Source of the DNA: Elusimicrobiota bacterium
Lineage (GTDB): Bacteria > Elusimicrobiota > Elusimicrobia > Elusimicrobiales > UBA9959
Length of the DNA stretch: 64,000 bases
Reading direction: 5' to 3'
Assembly (NCBI GenBank): GCA_027340875.1
Contig: DAIENX010000002.1
Coordinates: forward strand, 25,429 to 89,428
Under the pieces are notes generated by a model. That model was not told where the DNA came from, did no database searches, and worked only from the letters and a program-made list of their open reading frames with translations. This document shows positions 40,189 through 48,757 of the stretch, one piece after another. Position numbers and translations under genes: made by a program. Numbering within the stretch: the stretch's first letter is position 1; the number at the start of each line of letters is the position of its first letter.

Positions 40189-41199
40189 ATGCGCCCGAAG
40201 AGGATCCTTCTCGCACTTATACTGGCCTTCGCGCCTGGAGCCGCGCTCCACGCGCAGGAGCCGGAGGCCCGCGCCCCGCCGGCGGGATTGGTCCCCTGGG
40301 CCGCGTCCTGGGGCGACGAGACCGATGACGACGTACTGCGGGAGGCGGTCTGGACCCGCGTGGCCTCTTCCAAGCCTCCGGCGCGGCCTTCGGTGGGGCT
40401 CGCCTTGTCCGGCGGCGGCGCCAGGGGTTTCGCGCACGCCGGTGTGCTTGAGGCCCTCGAGTACGCCGGCTTCCCTGTCGACGAAGTTTCCGGCACCTCG
40501 ATGGGTTCGGTAATAGGCTCCCTTTACGCGGCCGGCACGCCCGTGCAGGAGATCTGGAAGTTCGGCCGCGAAGCGGAGCGGCTCAAGATCTCTCGGGACT
40601 TCCGGAACATCAGGGTTCTCGGACTGCTGCTGGCCGACAAGCTGCTCACGCCCACCCATATAAACGAGTTCATAGAAAGTCATCTGGGCGGCAAGACCTT
40701 TGCCGATCTCCGCATCCCCTTCGCCTGTTCCGCGATGGACCTCCGCACCGGCGAGAAGATCGTCTTCACCGAGGGTCCGCTGGCCATAGCCGTGCGCGCC
40801 AGCGTGGACCTGCCCGGCATCTTCGCGCCGGTGCAGTACCGACACCGCTATCTGGTAGACGGCGGAGTGGTCGATTTCATCCCCGTGGAGGCCGCCAAGC
40901 AGTTGGGCGCAGAATGGGTGCTGGCCAGCGTTACCAGCAGCTCGCAGAGCCGCATGCCGGAGAACGTCCTTATGTCGCTGCTTCAGGTCATAGATATCAG
41001 GGGCTCCCTGCTGGCCGGCGCCGAGGAGAAAGAGGCCGGCTTCGTCTTCAAACCCGAGCTGGGCGGCGTGGGCGTGGCGGATTTCGACAAATGCGAGGAC
41101 GCCGGAGAGGTCGGCCTGCTCGAGGCCTCGCGCCGCATGAACGAGGCCAAAGAGGCGCTGCTGATCTATTCCGCGCCGAGGGTGGTGGAGAAGTTGTGA
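40189..41199 (+). CDS. secreted patatin-like phospholipase
   Basis: 336 aa. Signal peptide, oxyanion motif LSGGGARGFAHAG, nucleophile elbow GTSMGS and the catalytic Asp in VDGGVVD. Confidence 0.8.
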   Translation: MRPKRILLALILAFAPGAALHAQEPEARAPPAGLVPWAASWGDETDDDVLREAVWTRVASSKPPARPSVGLALSGGGARGFAHAGVLEALEYAGFPVDEVSGTSMGSVIGSLYAAGTPVQEIWKFGREAERLKISRDFRNIRVLGLLLADKLLTPTHINEFIESHLGGKTFADLRIPFACSAMDLRTGEKIVFTEGPLAIAVRASVDLPGIFAPVQYRHRYLVDGGVVDFIPVEAAKQLGAEWVLASVTSSSQSRMPENVLMSLLQVIDIRGSLLAGAEEKEAGFVFKPELGGVGVADFDKCEDAGEVGLLEASRRMNEAKEALLIYSAPRVVEKL

Positions 41200-42173
41200 G
41201 GACCCTGCTGCTGACGCTGCTGCTGCTTGCATCCGCCCGGTCGGAGGCCTTCCTGTTCTTCGGAGGCTCCCGCGACCGCGCCGCCGAGGCCGCGCTGGAG
41301 CAGGCGCGCGCCGCCTACGCGGCAGGCGACTGCCAGACCGCCCTTCAGAAGGCCGACGGGCTGCTGGCGGGCAAGCCTCCCTCCGCGGTCAGGGAAGGCG
41401 CTTACGCGCTGATGGGGCCGTGCTATGAGACGAGCGGAGCCGCGGACAAGGCCATAGGACTGTACCGGCTGGCCCTCGGACTGTATCCGGACAACATCGT
41501 CTTCTCCTCGCGCCTGGCGGACATCTACAACCGTTCCGGTTTCTACGAGAACGCGGTCCCGCTTTTGCTCAAGGTCCTGAACCTGCGTCCGGGCGACCTC
41601 GGAGCCACGCTGGGTCTGGCCAGGGCCTATTCTTCGCTCGGTTTCCTTTCCAAAGCCAAGGACTATTATTCCAAAACGGCGGCGCTGCAGAACTTCGGGG
41701 ACGCCGGTCTGCTCGAAGAATACGCCCGCTGCATGCTCAGGAAGCGGGACTGGGACGAGTCGCTGTTCCTGGCCGGCAAAGGGGCCGCGCTCTCCCCGCG
41801 CTCGGCCGTCTGGCCGCTCGTGGAGGCAAGGGTGGCCGCCGGCCGCGGGGATTACTATGCCGCCGTAGCGTCGATGGAGCGGGCGATGCGCTTTTCGGAC
41901 GCCAGGCGCCTGAGGATGGAAAGGGCTCTCTACCTGCTGCTAGGGGGCCTGCCAAGGCGCGCGGCCGATGCCGCCGAAGCGGAGCTCTCCTCCGCTCCGG
42001 AGGACCCGCTGGCTTCCGCGATAAAGGGCATGGCCCTGTATTCCCTGGGAGAACGCGCTCCGGCCGGCGCTTACTTCAAAGCCGCAGAAAAGGGGGGCGG
42101 GTTCACGGCCAGGCTGGCCGGAGCGTTCCTGAAAGGGCCCGGCTCGACGGGGGAGGCCGCGTGCGCAAAATGA
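41196..42173 (+). CDS. TPR-repeat protein with signal peptide
   Basis: GTG 41196 overlaps the patatin TGA (GTGA). VRTLLLTLLLLASARSEA is followed by TPR-like helices (AIGLYRLALGLYPDN, AVPLLLKVLNLRPGD). Confidence 0.55.
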   Translation: MRTLLLTLLLLASARSEAFLFFGGSRDRAAEAALEQARAAYAAGDCQTALQKADGLLAGKPPSAVREGAYALMGPCYETSGAADKAIGLYRLALGLYPDNIVFSSRLADIYNRSGFYENAVPLLLKVLNLRPGDLGATLGLARAYSSLGFLSKAKDYYSKTAALQNFGDAGLLEEYARCMLRKRDWDESLFLAGKGAALSPRSAVWPLVEARVAAGRGDYYAAVASMERAMRFSDARRLRMERALYLLLGGLPRRAADAAEAELSSAPEDPLASAIKGMALYSLGERAPAGAYFKAAEKGGGFTARLAGAFLKGPGSTGEAACAK

Positions 42174-42967
42174 AGTTCTGGAAGCTGTCCGGGGCCGGGA
42201 ACGATTTCGTGCTGCTGACCGGGGGCGGGCTGACCGGCGCCCGGCTGAAGAAGCTGGCGCGTTCTCTCTGCGAGCGAAAGCTCTCCGTAGGCGCCGACGG
42301 TCTGCTTTACGTGAACCGGACCGGCTCCGGGGCCGTAAGCGTCCGCTATTTCAATCCGGACGGATCGGAGGCTTTCTGCGGCAACGGTTCGCGCTGCGCC
42401 GCCCTCTGGGCCAGCCGCCGGGGACTGGTCTCCGGCAGCTTCACGCTCAGGACGATAGCCGGCGACCTGGAAGCCAGGGTCCTGTCCCGTGGCATGGTGG
42501 AGATGCGCATGCCCGACGTGCGCGCGGTCAGCCTGCGCCATCCGGGCAGCTACCCGGCCGGAGTGCGCGAGGTCCATTTCCTCGACACCGGCGTGCCGCA
42601 CGCGGTCGTGCAGGTGCGCTCCGCGGCCGCGGCGGACGTGGAAAGGCTGGGGCGCGCGCTGAGGCATAATCGGGCGTTCGGGGGCCCGGGCGCCAACGTG
42701 AATTTCGTGGAGGTAAGGAACGGCGGCCTGGTAGTGCGCACTTACGAGCGCGGAGTGGAGGGGGAGACCCTGGCCTGCGGCACGGGGATAGCGGCCAGCG
42801 CTGTGGCGCTGGTCCTGGACGGCAAGGTCAGGTCCCCGGTGGACGTGACCGCCCGCAGCGGGGAGCGTTTCCGCGTCAGCCTGAGGCCAGGCGAGGGCGG
42901 CGCCTCGGAAATCCGCATGAGCGGCCCGGCCGCGCTGGTATTCGAAGGCCGTCTGATGGTCGTCTGA
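42170..42967 (+). CDS. dapF: diaminopimelate epimerase
   Basis: MKFWKLSGAGNDFVLL, FNPDGSEAFCGNGSRC and TLACGTG (two catalytic Cys). ATG 42170 overlaps the upstream TGA; the ORF track starts at GTG 42161. Confidence 0.85.
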   Translation: MKFWKLSGAGNDFVLLTGGGLTGARLKKLARSLCERKLSVGADGLLYVNRTGSGAVSVRYFNPDGSEAFCGNGSRCAALWASRRGLVSGSFTLRTIAGDLEARVLSRGMVEMRMPDVRAVSLRHPGSYPAGVREVHFLDTGVPHAVVQVRSAAAADVERLGRALRHNRAFGGPGANVNFVEVRNGGLVVRTYERGVEGETLACGTGIAASAVALVLDGKVRSPVDVTARSGERFRVSLRPGEGGASEIRMSGPAALVFEGRLMVV

Positions 42968-43050
42968 TGCGCAGAGCGCTTGATACGACACGCACATAGT
43001 ACAGAGCAAAGCTCCTTAATACGGCACATGCATAGCACAGGGGAGATAAC

Positions 43051-43938
43051 ATGCTGAAACTTAAAGGATGTTTTACCGCCATCGTCACCCCGTTCAAGGG
43101 CGGCAAGCCCGATCTCGAGGCGCTTAAAAAGATAGTCGACTTCCAGGCCGGCAAAGGGGTCAGCGGCATAGTGCCCTGCGGGTCCACCGGCGAAGCGGCC
43201 ACGCTGGTTCCCGAGGAATACCTGGCGGTCATCAAGGCCGCGGTCGCCGCCGCGAAAGGCCGCCTGCAGGTTATGCCGGGAGTAGGGACGAATTCCACGG
43301 CGAGATCGGTGGAGATGGTGAAGAAGGTCTCCGCGCTAGGAGTGGACGGTCTGCTGGCCATAGTTCCTTACTACAATAAGCCCACGCAGGACGGCCTCGC
43401 CGCGCATTTCTCAGAGATCGCCGGCGCCACGCGCCTGCCGGTGGTCCTTTATAACATCCCGGGCCGCACCGGCGTCAACATGCTGCCGGCCACCGTCCTC
43501 TCGCTCAGGCGCCGCTTCAACAATATCACCGGCATCAAGGAGGCTTCCGGCAGCCTGGACCAGGTCAGCGAGATAATAAACGGCGCCGACCAGGCCTTCT
43601 CGGTGATGAGCGGGGACGATTCCCTGACCCTGCCGATGATGTCGGTGGGCGCCCGCGGCGTTATCTCGGTAGTGTCCAACATCGCTCCGGCGGAGACGGC
43701 GAAGATGTGCGAGCTGTTCCTGCAGGGCGACATCTGCGGCGCCGCCGAACTTCACCATACGCTCTTCCCGCTGGTCAAGAAACTGTTCGTGGAGACCAAC
43801 CCTATCCCGGTAAAGTACGCCGCCTCCCTGCTCGGCCTGTGCTCGCCGGAGCCGCGCCTGCCCCTGACCCCTCTGACGGTTAAGAACAGGGCCCCGCTCA
43901 AGAAGGCCATGGCCGCCGCCGGAATAGGGGCGGCGTAG
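43051..43938 (+). CDS. dapA: 4-hydroxy-tetrahydrodipicolinate synthase
   Basis: 295 aa. Contains TAIVTPF, GSTGEAATL, YNKPTQ and GIKEASG (Schiff-base Lys). Confidence 0.9.
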   Translation: MLKLKGCFTAIVTPFKGGKPDLEALKKIVDFQAGKGVSGIVPCGSTGEAATLVPEEYLAVIKAAVAAAKGRLQVMPGVGTNSTARSVEMVKKVSALGVDGLLAIVPYYNKPTQDGLAAHFSEIAGATRLPVVLYNIPGRTGVNMLPATVLSLRRRFNNITGIKEASGSLDQVSEIINGADQAFSVMSGDDSLTLPMMSVGARGVISVVSNIAPAETAKMCELFLQGDICGAAELHHTLFPLVKKLFVETNPIPVKYAASLLGLCSPEPRLPLTPLTVKNRAPLKKAMAAAGIGAA

Positions 43939-43945
43939 CCGGGCC

Positions 43946-45532
43946 ATGACGTCGAGGGGGCGAACTGCGGCTCTCTCCGCCGTGGCGGCCGCGCTCGGCG
44001 CCTGCTTCCTCCTGCTCGGCCTCAGCGCCTCGCGCCGTTCGTCGGCTTCGTTCGACGAGAGCTTCAATATCCTCTCCGGCTGGGAATTCTCCAGGAGCGG
44101 CCGCCTGCCTGCCGGGCAGCCGAACCCTCCGCTGCTGCTGCGCCTGCTGGCCCTGCCGCTCCAGTCCGAAGACTTGACGCGGCCGGACGAAGAGGCCTGC
44201 CTCGCGGAGCCGAGATCCTGCGGCTACCGCTTCATCTACGGCAACACCGTTCCGCCGGACACCCTGCTGGGCCGGGCCCGCGCGGTCTCCATGGCGCAGG
44301 GCCTGCTGCTGGTGCTCCTCTGCGGGCTGTGGGCCTACGGACTCGGCGGCGCGGCCGCCGCCGTCCCGGCGCTGGCGCTTGCCGCCTTCATGCCGCCGCT
44401 GCTGGCGCACTCCGCGGTGGCCGGCGCGGACATGGGCAACGCGCTGCTCTGCACCGCCGCGCTGTACCTGTTCTGGCGGTCCTCGGTCTCACGCCGGGTC
44501 CTGTTCACGGCCGCGGCGGGTATATTCTTAGGTCTCGCCCTGGCGGGGAAGTACACGGCCGCCATCCTGCTGCCGCTCTGCGCTTTCTATGCCCTGCGCG
44601 GCGGCGAAGGACGAGGCCGCCGATCCATCTGGTGGTCCTTGGCCGCCATCGCGGCCCTCTTACTGGCCTGTCTTCCCGAGCCGCCGTGGCGGTGGCTGTC
44701 CCGCGGTCTGGCGGTGGCCCGCGAGCTCGATGGCGGGCATCTCACCTACCTGCTGGGCGCAGTAAGCCGCGAGGGCAGCTGGTATTATTTTCCGCTGGCC
44801 CTTCTGGTGAAGACGCCGCTGCCTGCGCTCATCCTCGGGGCGGCCGGCCTGCGCTACTTCCCGGCCGGCAGGTCGGACAGGTTTTATCTGCTGCTGCCGG
44901 CGGCCGCCTGGCTGGCTCTGGGCCTGGCGGCGAAGACCCAGGTGGGGGTACGCCATCTGCTGCCGCTGTACCCGCTGCTCTGCGTCTGGTCCGGCGCGGC
45001 GGCCGGGGAGCTCTGGAAGGCCGGCGGCGCCGCACGCAGAACGCTTACTGCGGGGCTGCTGTTCTGGCAGGCGGCGGCCGCCGTGGCCGCCTCTCCCTGG
45101 CAGCTCTCCTACTTCAACGAGCTGGCCGGCGGAGAGACGAGCGGTTACCGCTTCCTGCTGGACTCCAACCTGGATTGGGGACAGGGCCTGAAGGAACTGG
45201 CAGCCTACTCACGTGCGAAAGGGACGGACCACGTCTACCTGAGCTATTTCGGTTGCGGGGACCCGCACGCTTACGGCCTGAAGTATTCGCCGGTGCTGAT
45301 GACCACCTGCGCGCGTCTGCCCGGCGACGGCCCGCCGCCGGGAGGCGGCAGGCAGCTTCTCGCCGTTTCGGCCACTAACCGGCTGGGCGTGTATTACACG
45401 CCGAGGACGCTGTTCGGCTGGCTGGACGGCAGAGCCCCGTACAGGATAGCTGGCGGTTCCATCTGGGTGTACGACGTAACGGGGGACGCCAGGGCCCTGA
45501 AGTTGCTTTCCTGCCCGGGGCTCTCTCAGTAA
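43946..45532 (+). CDS. GT-C fold membrane glycosyltransferase (ArnT/PMT, GT39/GT83-like)
   Basis: 528 aa and polytopic. NPPLLLRLLALPL loop motif near the first TM helices and a soluble C-terminal domain. Confidence 0.5.
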   Translation: MTSRGRTAALSAVAAALGACFLLLGLSASRRSSASFDESFNILSGWEFSRSGRLPAGQPNPPLLLRLLALPLQSEDLTRPDEEACLAEPRSCGYRFIYGNTVPPDTLLGRARAVSMAQGLLLVLLCGLWAYGLGGAAAAVPALALAAFMPPLLAHSAVAGADMGNALLCTAALYLFWRSSVSRRVLFTAAAGIFLGLALAGKYTAAILLPLCAFYALRGGEGRGRRSIWWSLAAIAALLLACLPEPPWRWLSRGLAVARELDGGHLTYLLGAVSREGSWYYFPLALLVKTPLPALILGAAGLRYFPAGRSDRFYLLLPAAAWLALGLAAKTQVGVRHLLPLYPLLCVWSGAAAGELWKAGGAARRTLTAGLLFWQAAAAVAASPWQLSYFNELAGGETSGYRFLLDSNLDWGQGLKELAAYSRAKGTDHVYLSYFGCGDPHAYGLKYSPVLMTTCARLPGDGPPPGGGRQLLAVSATNRLGVYYTPRTLFGWLDGRAPYRIAGGSIWVYDVTGDARALKLLSCPGLSQ

Positions 45533-46362
45533 GGGCCGGTGCTGAGCAGTACGGCGGTCCCGGACGAGAGCGAGATGTCCTCTTCCTCTTCGGGTTGGTC
45601 TTCCTCTTCGTCCTCGGGCAGGTAGCCGGAGGCGCGCATCCTGGAGATTATCCTCTCCTTCTGTCTTTCCATGAAGCGCGTATCCTTTACCGGGCTGTAG
45701 CGGCGCGGGCTGGGGAGCACGGCCGCGAGGGCGGCGGCCTCCTCCGGCGTCAGGTCGGCCGCGCTCTTGTCGAAGTACTCGCGGGCGGCGGCCTCCGCGC
45801 CGTAGATGCCGCGGCCCCATTCCGCGACGTTGAGGTACAGCTCCAGTATCCTGCTCTTGCCGAGCGTCCGCTCCAGGCGCCGGGCTATCAGCATCTCCTT
45901 GAGCTTGCGCAGCGGGTTCTTGGACGGCGAGAGATAGAGGTTGCGGGCCAGCTGCTGGGTTATGGTGCTGCCGCCGCGCGCGAAGCGCTTCTGTTTCCAG
46001 TCGGTCTCCAGCGCCTTCCTCGTGCTTTCCCAGTCTATGCCGCCGTGGCGGTAGAACGCGTCGTCCTCCGAGATGACGACGGCATGCCGCAGGTTCTCCG
46101 AGATGTCCCCGAGCCCGCGCCAGATCATCACGCGCGGCAGCTTCTTCCCCTTGGCCCGCGCCCGGGCCTCGTTTATCAGCATGAACGATGTGACCGATGG
46201 GTTCTTCGTCCTGAGTGGCGAGACGTCGGGCAGGAGCAGCAGGTATGAGGCCGATAAGGCCAGGGGCAGCAGCAGCAGGGCGGCCAGGAGATAGAGCTCT
46301 TTGCCGGCCAGCGGCCGCCAGTCGATCAGTTTCCGGAGCGAATGTCCAGACATGGCGGCCAC
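45526..46362 (-). CDS. mtgA: monofunctional peptidoglycan glycosyltransferase (GT51)
   Basis: Contains ISEDDAFYRHGGID, GGSTITQQLARNLYL and RKLKEMLIARRLE. It has an acidic C-terminal tail. The 3' end overlaps the convergent gene by 7 nt. Confidence 0.8.
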   Translation of the reverse strand: MAAMSGHSLRKLIDWRPLAGKELYLLAALLLLPLALSASYLLLLPDVSPLRTKNPSVTSFMLINEARARAKGKKLPRVMIWRGLGDISENLRHAVVISEDDAFYRHGGIDWESTRKALETDWKQKRFARGGSTITQQLARNLYLSPSKNPLRKLKEMLIARRLERTLGKSRILELYLNVAEWGRGIYGAEAAAREYFDKSAADLTPEEAAALAAVLPSPRRYSPVKDTRFMERQKERIISRMRASGYLPEDEEEDQPEEEEDISLSSGTAVLLSTGPY

Positions 46363-46368
46363 TTGAGA

Positions 46369-47673
46369 CTAGCGGCCCCGCAATATCTCGCGGGCGGCCT
46401 CGAGCCCTTCCTTCACGCTTTCTTCCATGAAGGAATACTTCCAGGCGCCGTAGCGGCCGATGGAACGGGCTTTTCTCGACTTGAGCCAGTCGAAGATGAC
46501 AGGCAGGGCCCGGGCCCGTTCCCGGTTATAGACGACGTAGGCGCAGGGGATCTTCAGCCAGAGCCTCTCGGCTATCTGCGAGGAGCTCCTGATGAACCCG
46601 CAGGACTTCAGCCCCTTTATGACCGCGGCTTCCGCGGAAGCGAGGCCCAGCGCCGAGCCTGGGGTGGCCAGTTCTATGTAGAACGATTCATATCCGCGCG
46701 GCGCCATCGCCGCGGAGAAGTTGGTGGCTATGCCGGCGCGGTAAAAGGGGAACTCGGCGCCCGGGAAGTAGCCCCAGTGCATCGGAGAGGCCGCGCCTTT
46801 TACTCCGAGGTTGAGCACGTAAACGGTATTGTGCCGCAGCGAGGCCGCGGCGCGGCGCACGGCCGCCGGGGCGTCCTCCGCGCGCGCGATAAGCTCGTTC
46901 AGTGGAGCGGTGTTCACCAGACGGCGGAAATGCACCGGCCCGAAATGGCGCACGTTGGCCACGCCCTTACGCAGGTTCAGGCTCTCCACTTCGAGTCCCA
47001 GTCGCAGGCCGCTCAGGCCGCGGGCCAGGGCGTTGGACAGCGAGCCGATGCCGCCTCTCCTGGGGTAATAGAAGACGGTATTGTAGCCGAGGCCTTCGGC
47101 CTTCCTGCCGTATGCCCCCTGTACTACCTCCTCGGGCCGGGGCATCGGCACGAACGGCGCGCACCATTCCGTGGTGAGACGCTCGAGAGGGTACTGCCAG
47201 AGCTTGGCGTTGTACGGCAGCATGAAGTGCCTGGAGATGCCTTCGCCGAAGACGCGCCTGGTCCAGCGGCTGAAGACCTCGGAGCCGTCGCCCGGGGCTT
47301 GGCCGCCGGAGGAGTAGGCCTTCAGGAAGCCGCTCACGCATTCGGACTTGACCCCGGCCGGCATTCCCGAGAGGTTGGCCTGGAACGGGTACGGGGTCCA
47401 GCTTCTGTGCGCGTAGATGCGGGCGTCGCGCTTCAGTTCCCGCGCGTTGCCCTTCAGCGCGCCGAGTATCAGCCTGCGCGTCTCCGGCCAGCGCAGGTGC
47501 AGCAGGTGCCCGGAATAGTCGAAGTGGTAGCCGCCTTTCTTTATCGTGGCCGCCAGGCCGCCGGGGCGGTTCTCCTTCTCGGCGATCAGATAGTCCTTGC
47601 GGCCTTCCAGCGCGCCGCCGGCTGCCAGGCCGGCGAGCCCGCCGCCGATCACGAGCACGTCCGTCTTAAGCAT
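46369..47673 (-). CDS. FAD-dependent enzyme resembling eukaryote-type UDP-galactopyranose mutase
   Basis: 434 aa with VLVIGGGLAGLAAG. Blocks TPYPFQANLS, FMLPYNAKLWQYP, FYYPRRGGIG, FPFYRAGIATNFS and GRYGAWKY parallel my recollection of Aspergillus UGM (VPYPFQNNIS, FMRPYNFKVWAVP, FRFPARGGTG, CPFYRATIFSNYS, GRFGSWRY). Confidence 0.5.
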   Translation of the reverse strand: MLKTDVLVIGGGLAGLAAGGALEGRKDYLIAEKENRPGGLAATIKKGGYHFDYSGHLLHLRWPETRRLILGALKGNARELKRDARIYAHRSWTPYPFQANLSGMPAGVKSECVSGFLKAYSSGGQAPGDGSEVFSRWTRRVFGEGISRHFMLPYNAKLWQYPLERLTTEWCAPFVPMPRPEEVVQGAYGRKAEGLGYNTVFYYPRRGGIGSLSNALARGLSGLRLGLEVESLNLRKGVANVRHFGPVHFRRLVNTAPLNELIARAEDAPAAVRRAAASLRHNTVYVLNLGVKGAASPMHWGYFPGAEFPFYRAGIATNFSAAMAPRGYESFYIELATPGSALGLASAEAAVIKGLKSCGFIRSSSQIAERLWLKIPCAYVVYNRERARALPVIFDWLKSRKARSIGRYGAWKYSFMEESVKEGLEAAREILRGR

Positions 47674-48757
47674 GCGCCCCGGCCTCCGGAGAGGAGCCCT
47701 TCACGCCGTAGCAGCTCCAGCTGTTGCCGTCCCGGTTGCTGATGCTGACGCCGCCCAGGCCCGCCCTGTCGAACCAGGGCCTGACGTCGTCCTCGTCGTA
47801 ATAATTGACCACCGGCACGAACAGCTTGTCCATGATCGTGCAGTGCATCTCGCGGAAGTTGCGCACGGCGTACTGGCGGTACGGCACCTTCTCCGCCGCC
47901 GCGTAAAGGCCCGCGGCGCGCAGCGACAGGTAGGCCCACTTGGCGAAGAGCAGCGGCAGCGCGCACGGCAGGCTGAGCAGGTTGGCCAGCGGCTTCGGCA
48001 TCCGGTGCATCGCCTTGCGCAGGAACTCTATAGCCGGCACCGCCGGGTCCTTGCCGTAGACCCAGATGAAGATCTCGCCGCCGGCCTTCAGCGCGTTCAC
48101 GAGGCTCCTGAAACCGGTCTCCGGCTCCGGCAGGTGGTGGATGACGCCGTGGGAGATGATGAAGTCCAGCCCGGGCTTGAAGGGCAGGTGGAAGATGTCT
48201 CCCTGCACGGCGGTCACGTTGCCGTAATGGGCGGTGCGCCGGCCCGCCGTCTCCACGTCCAGGCCCAGGTTCATGCCGAAAAGGCGCTTCGCGCCGTAAT
48301 GCTGCATCCTGTCCAGGAAGAAGCCTACGCCGGTGCCGGCCTCGAGCACGTTCTTGCCCTGCACGATGTCGGGCGGCAGAGGGGCCAGCGTGCGGACATA
48401 TTCGTTCTCGCAGAACTCCGGCGAGAGCTCGGTGAACTCGTTCCACTCGTAGGCGAAGGCGCTCATCGTGGCGCGCTGTTTGGCCAGGAAGTCCTCCGTC
48501 TCTATCGTGCTGCGGTGGTCCCGCTTCTCGAGAGGGAACGAGAAGGAGAAGCCGGAGAAATCCTCCTTCAGCTGGGCGGCCAGCACCGGCATCAGCGAAT
48601 CCGGCAGCAGGCGCGGGATGCCCCTGATCACCGGGTAGTCGCGGCCGCAGCCGGCGCACTTGAGCAAGGCCTTCTCTATCGCAGGGTCGGAACCTTCAGC
48701 CGACAGGCCGCCGCCGCATACGGGGCAGGCCAGGAAATTCAGGTCGTCTCTTCTCAT
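47666..48757 (-). CDS. Trm112-like zinc-ribbon fused to a class I SAM methyltransferase
   Basis: Start at MRRDDLNFLACPVCGG...CAGCGRDYPVIRGIPRLL (Met318 of ORF 47666..49708), then VLEAGTGVGFF and GGEIFIWVYG. ATGA overlap with the upstream gene. Confidence 0.6.
   Translation of the reverse strand: MRRDDLNFLACPVCGGGLSAEGSDPAIEKALLKCAGCGRDYPVIRGIPRLLPDSLMPVLAAQLKEDFSGFSFSFPLEKRDHRSTIETEDFLAKQRATMSAFAYEWNEFTELSPEFCENEYVRTLAPLPPDIVQGKNVLEAGTGVGFFLDRMQHYGAKRLFGMNLGLDVETAGRRTAHYGNVTAVQGDIFHLPFKPGLDFIISHGVIHHLPEPETGFRSLVNALKAGGEIFIWVYGKDPAVPAIEFLRKAMHRMPKPLANLLSLPCALPLLFAKWAYLSLRAAGLYAAAEKVPYRQYAVRNFREMHCTIMDKLFVPVVNYYDEDDVRPWFDRAGLGGVSISNRDGNSWSCYGVKGSSPEAGAHA

Noticed and set aside
40189-41199. Patatin-like protein as a CBASS/anti-phage effector
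   Set aside because: It has an N-terminal signal peptide and no adjacent cyclase, SAVED or other defence gene. The context is envelope proteins.
42968-43050. Lysine riboswitch upstream of dapA
   Set aside because: The spacer is only 83 nt, far shorter than an L-box, and lacks its conserved helices. Only the direct repeats are reported.
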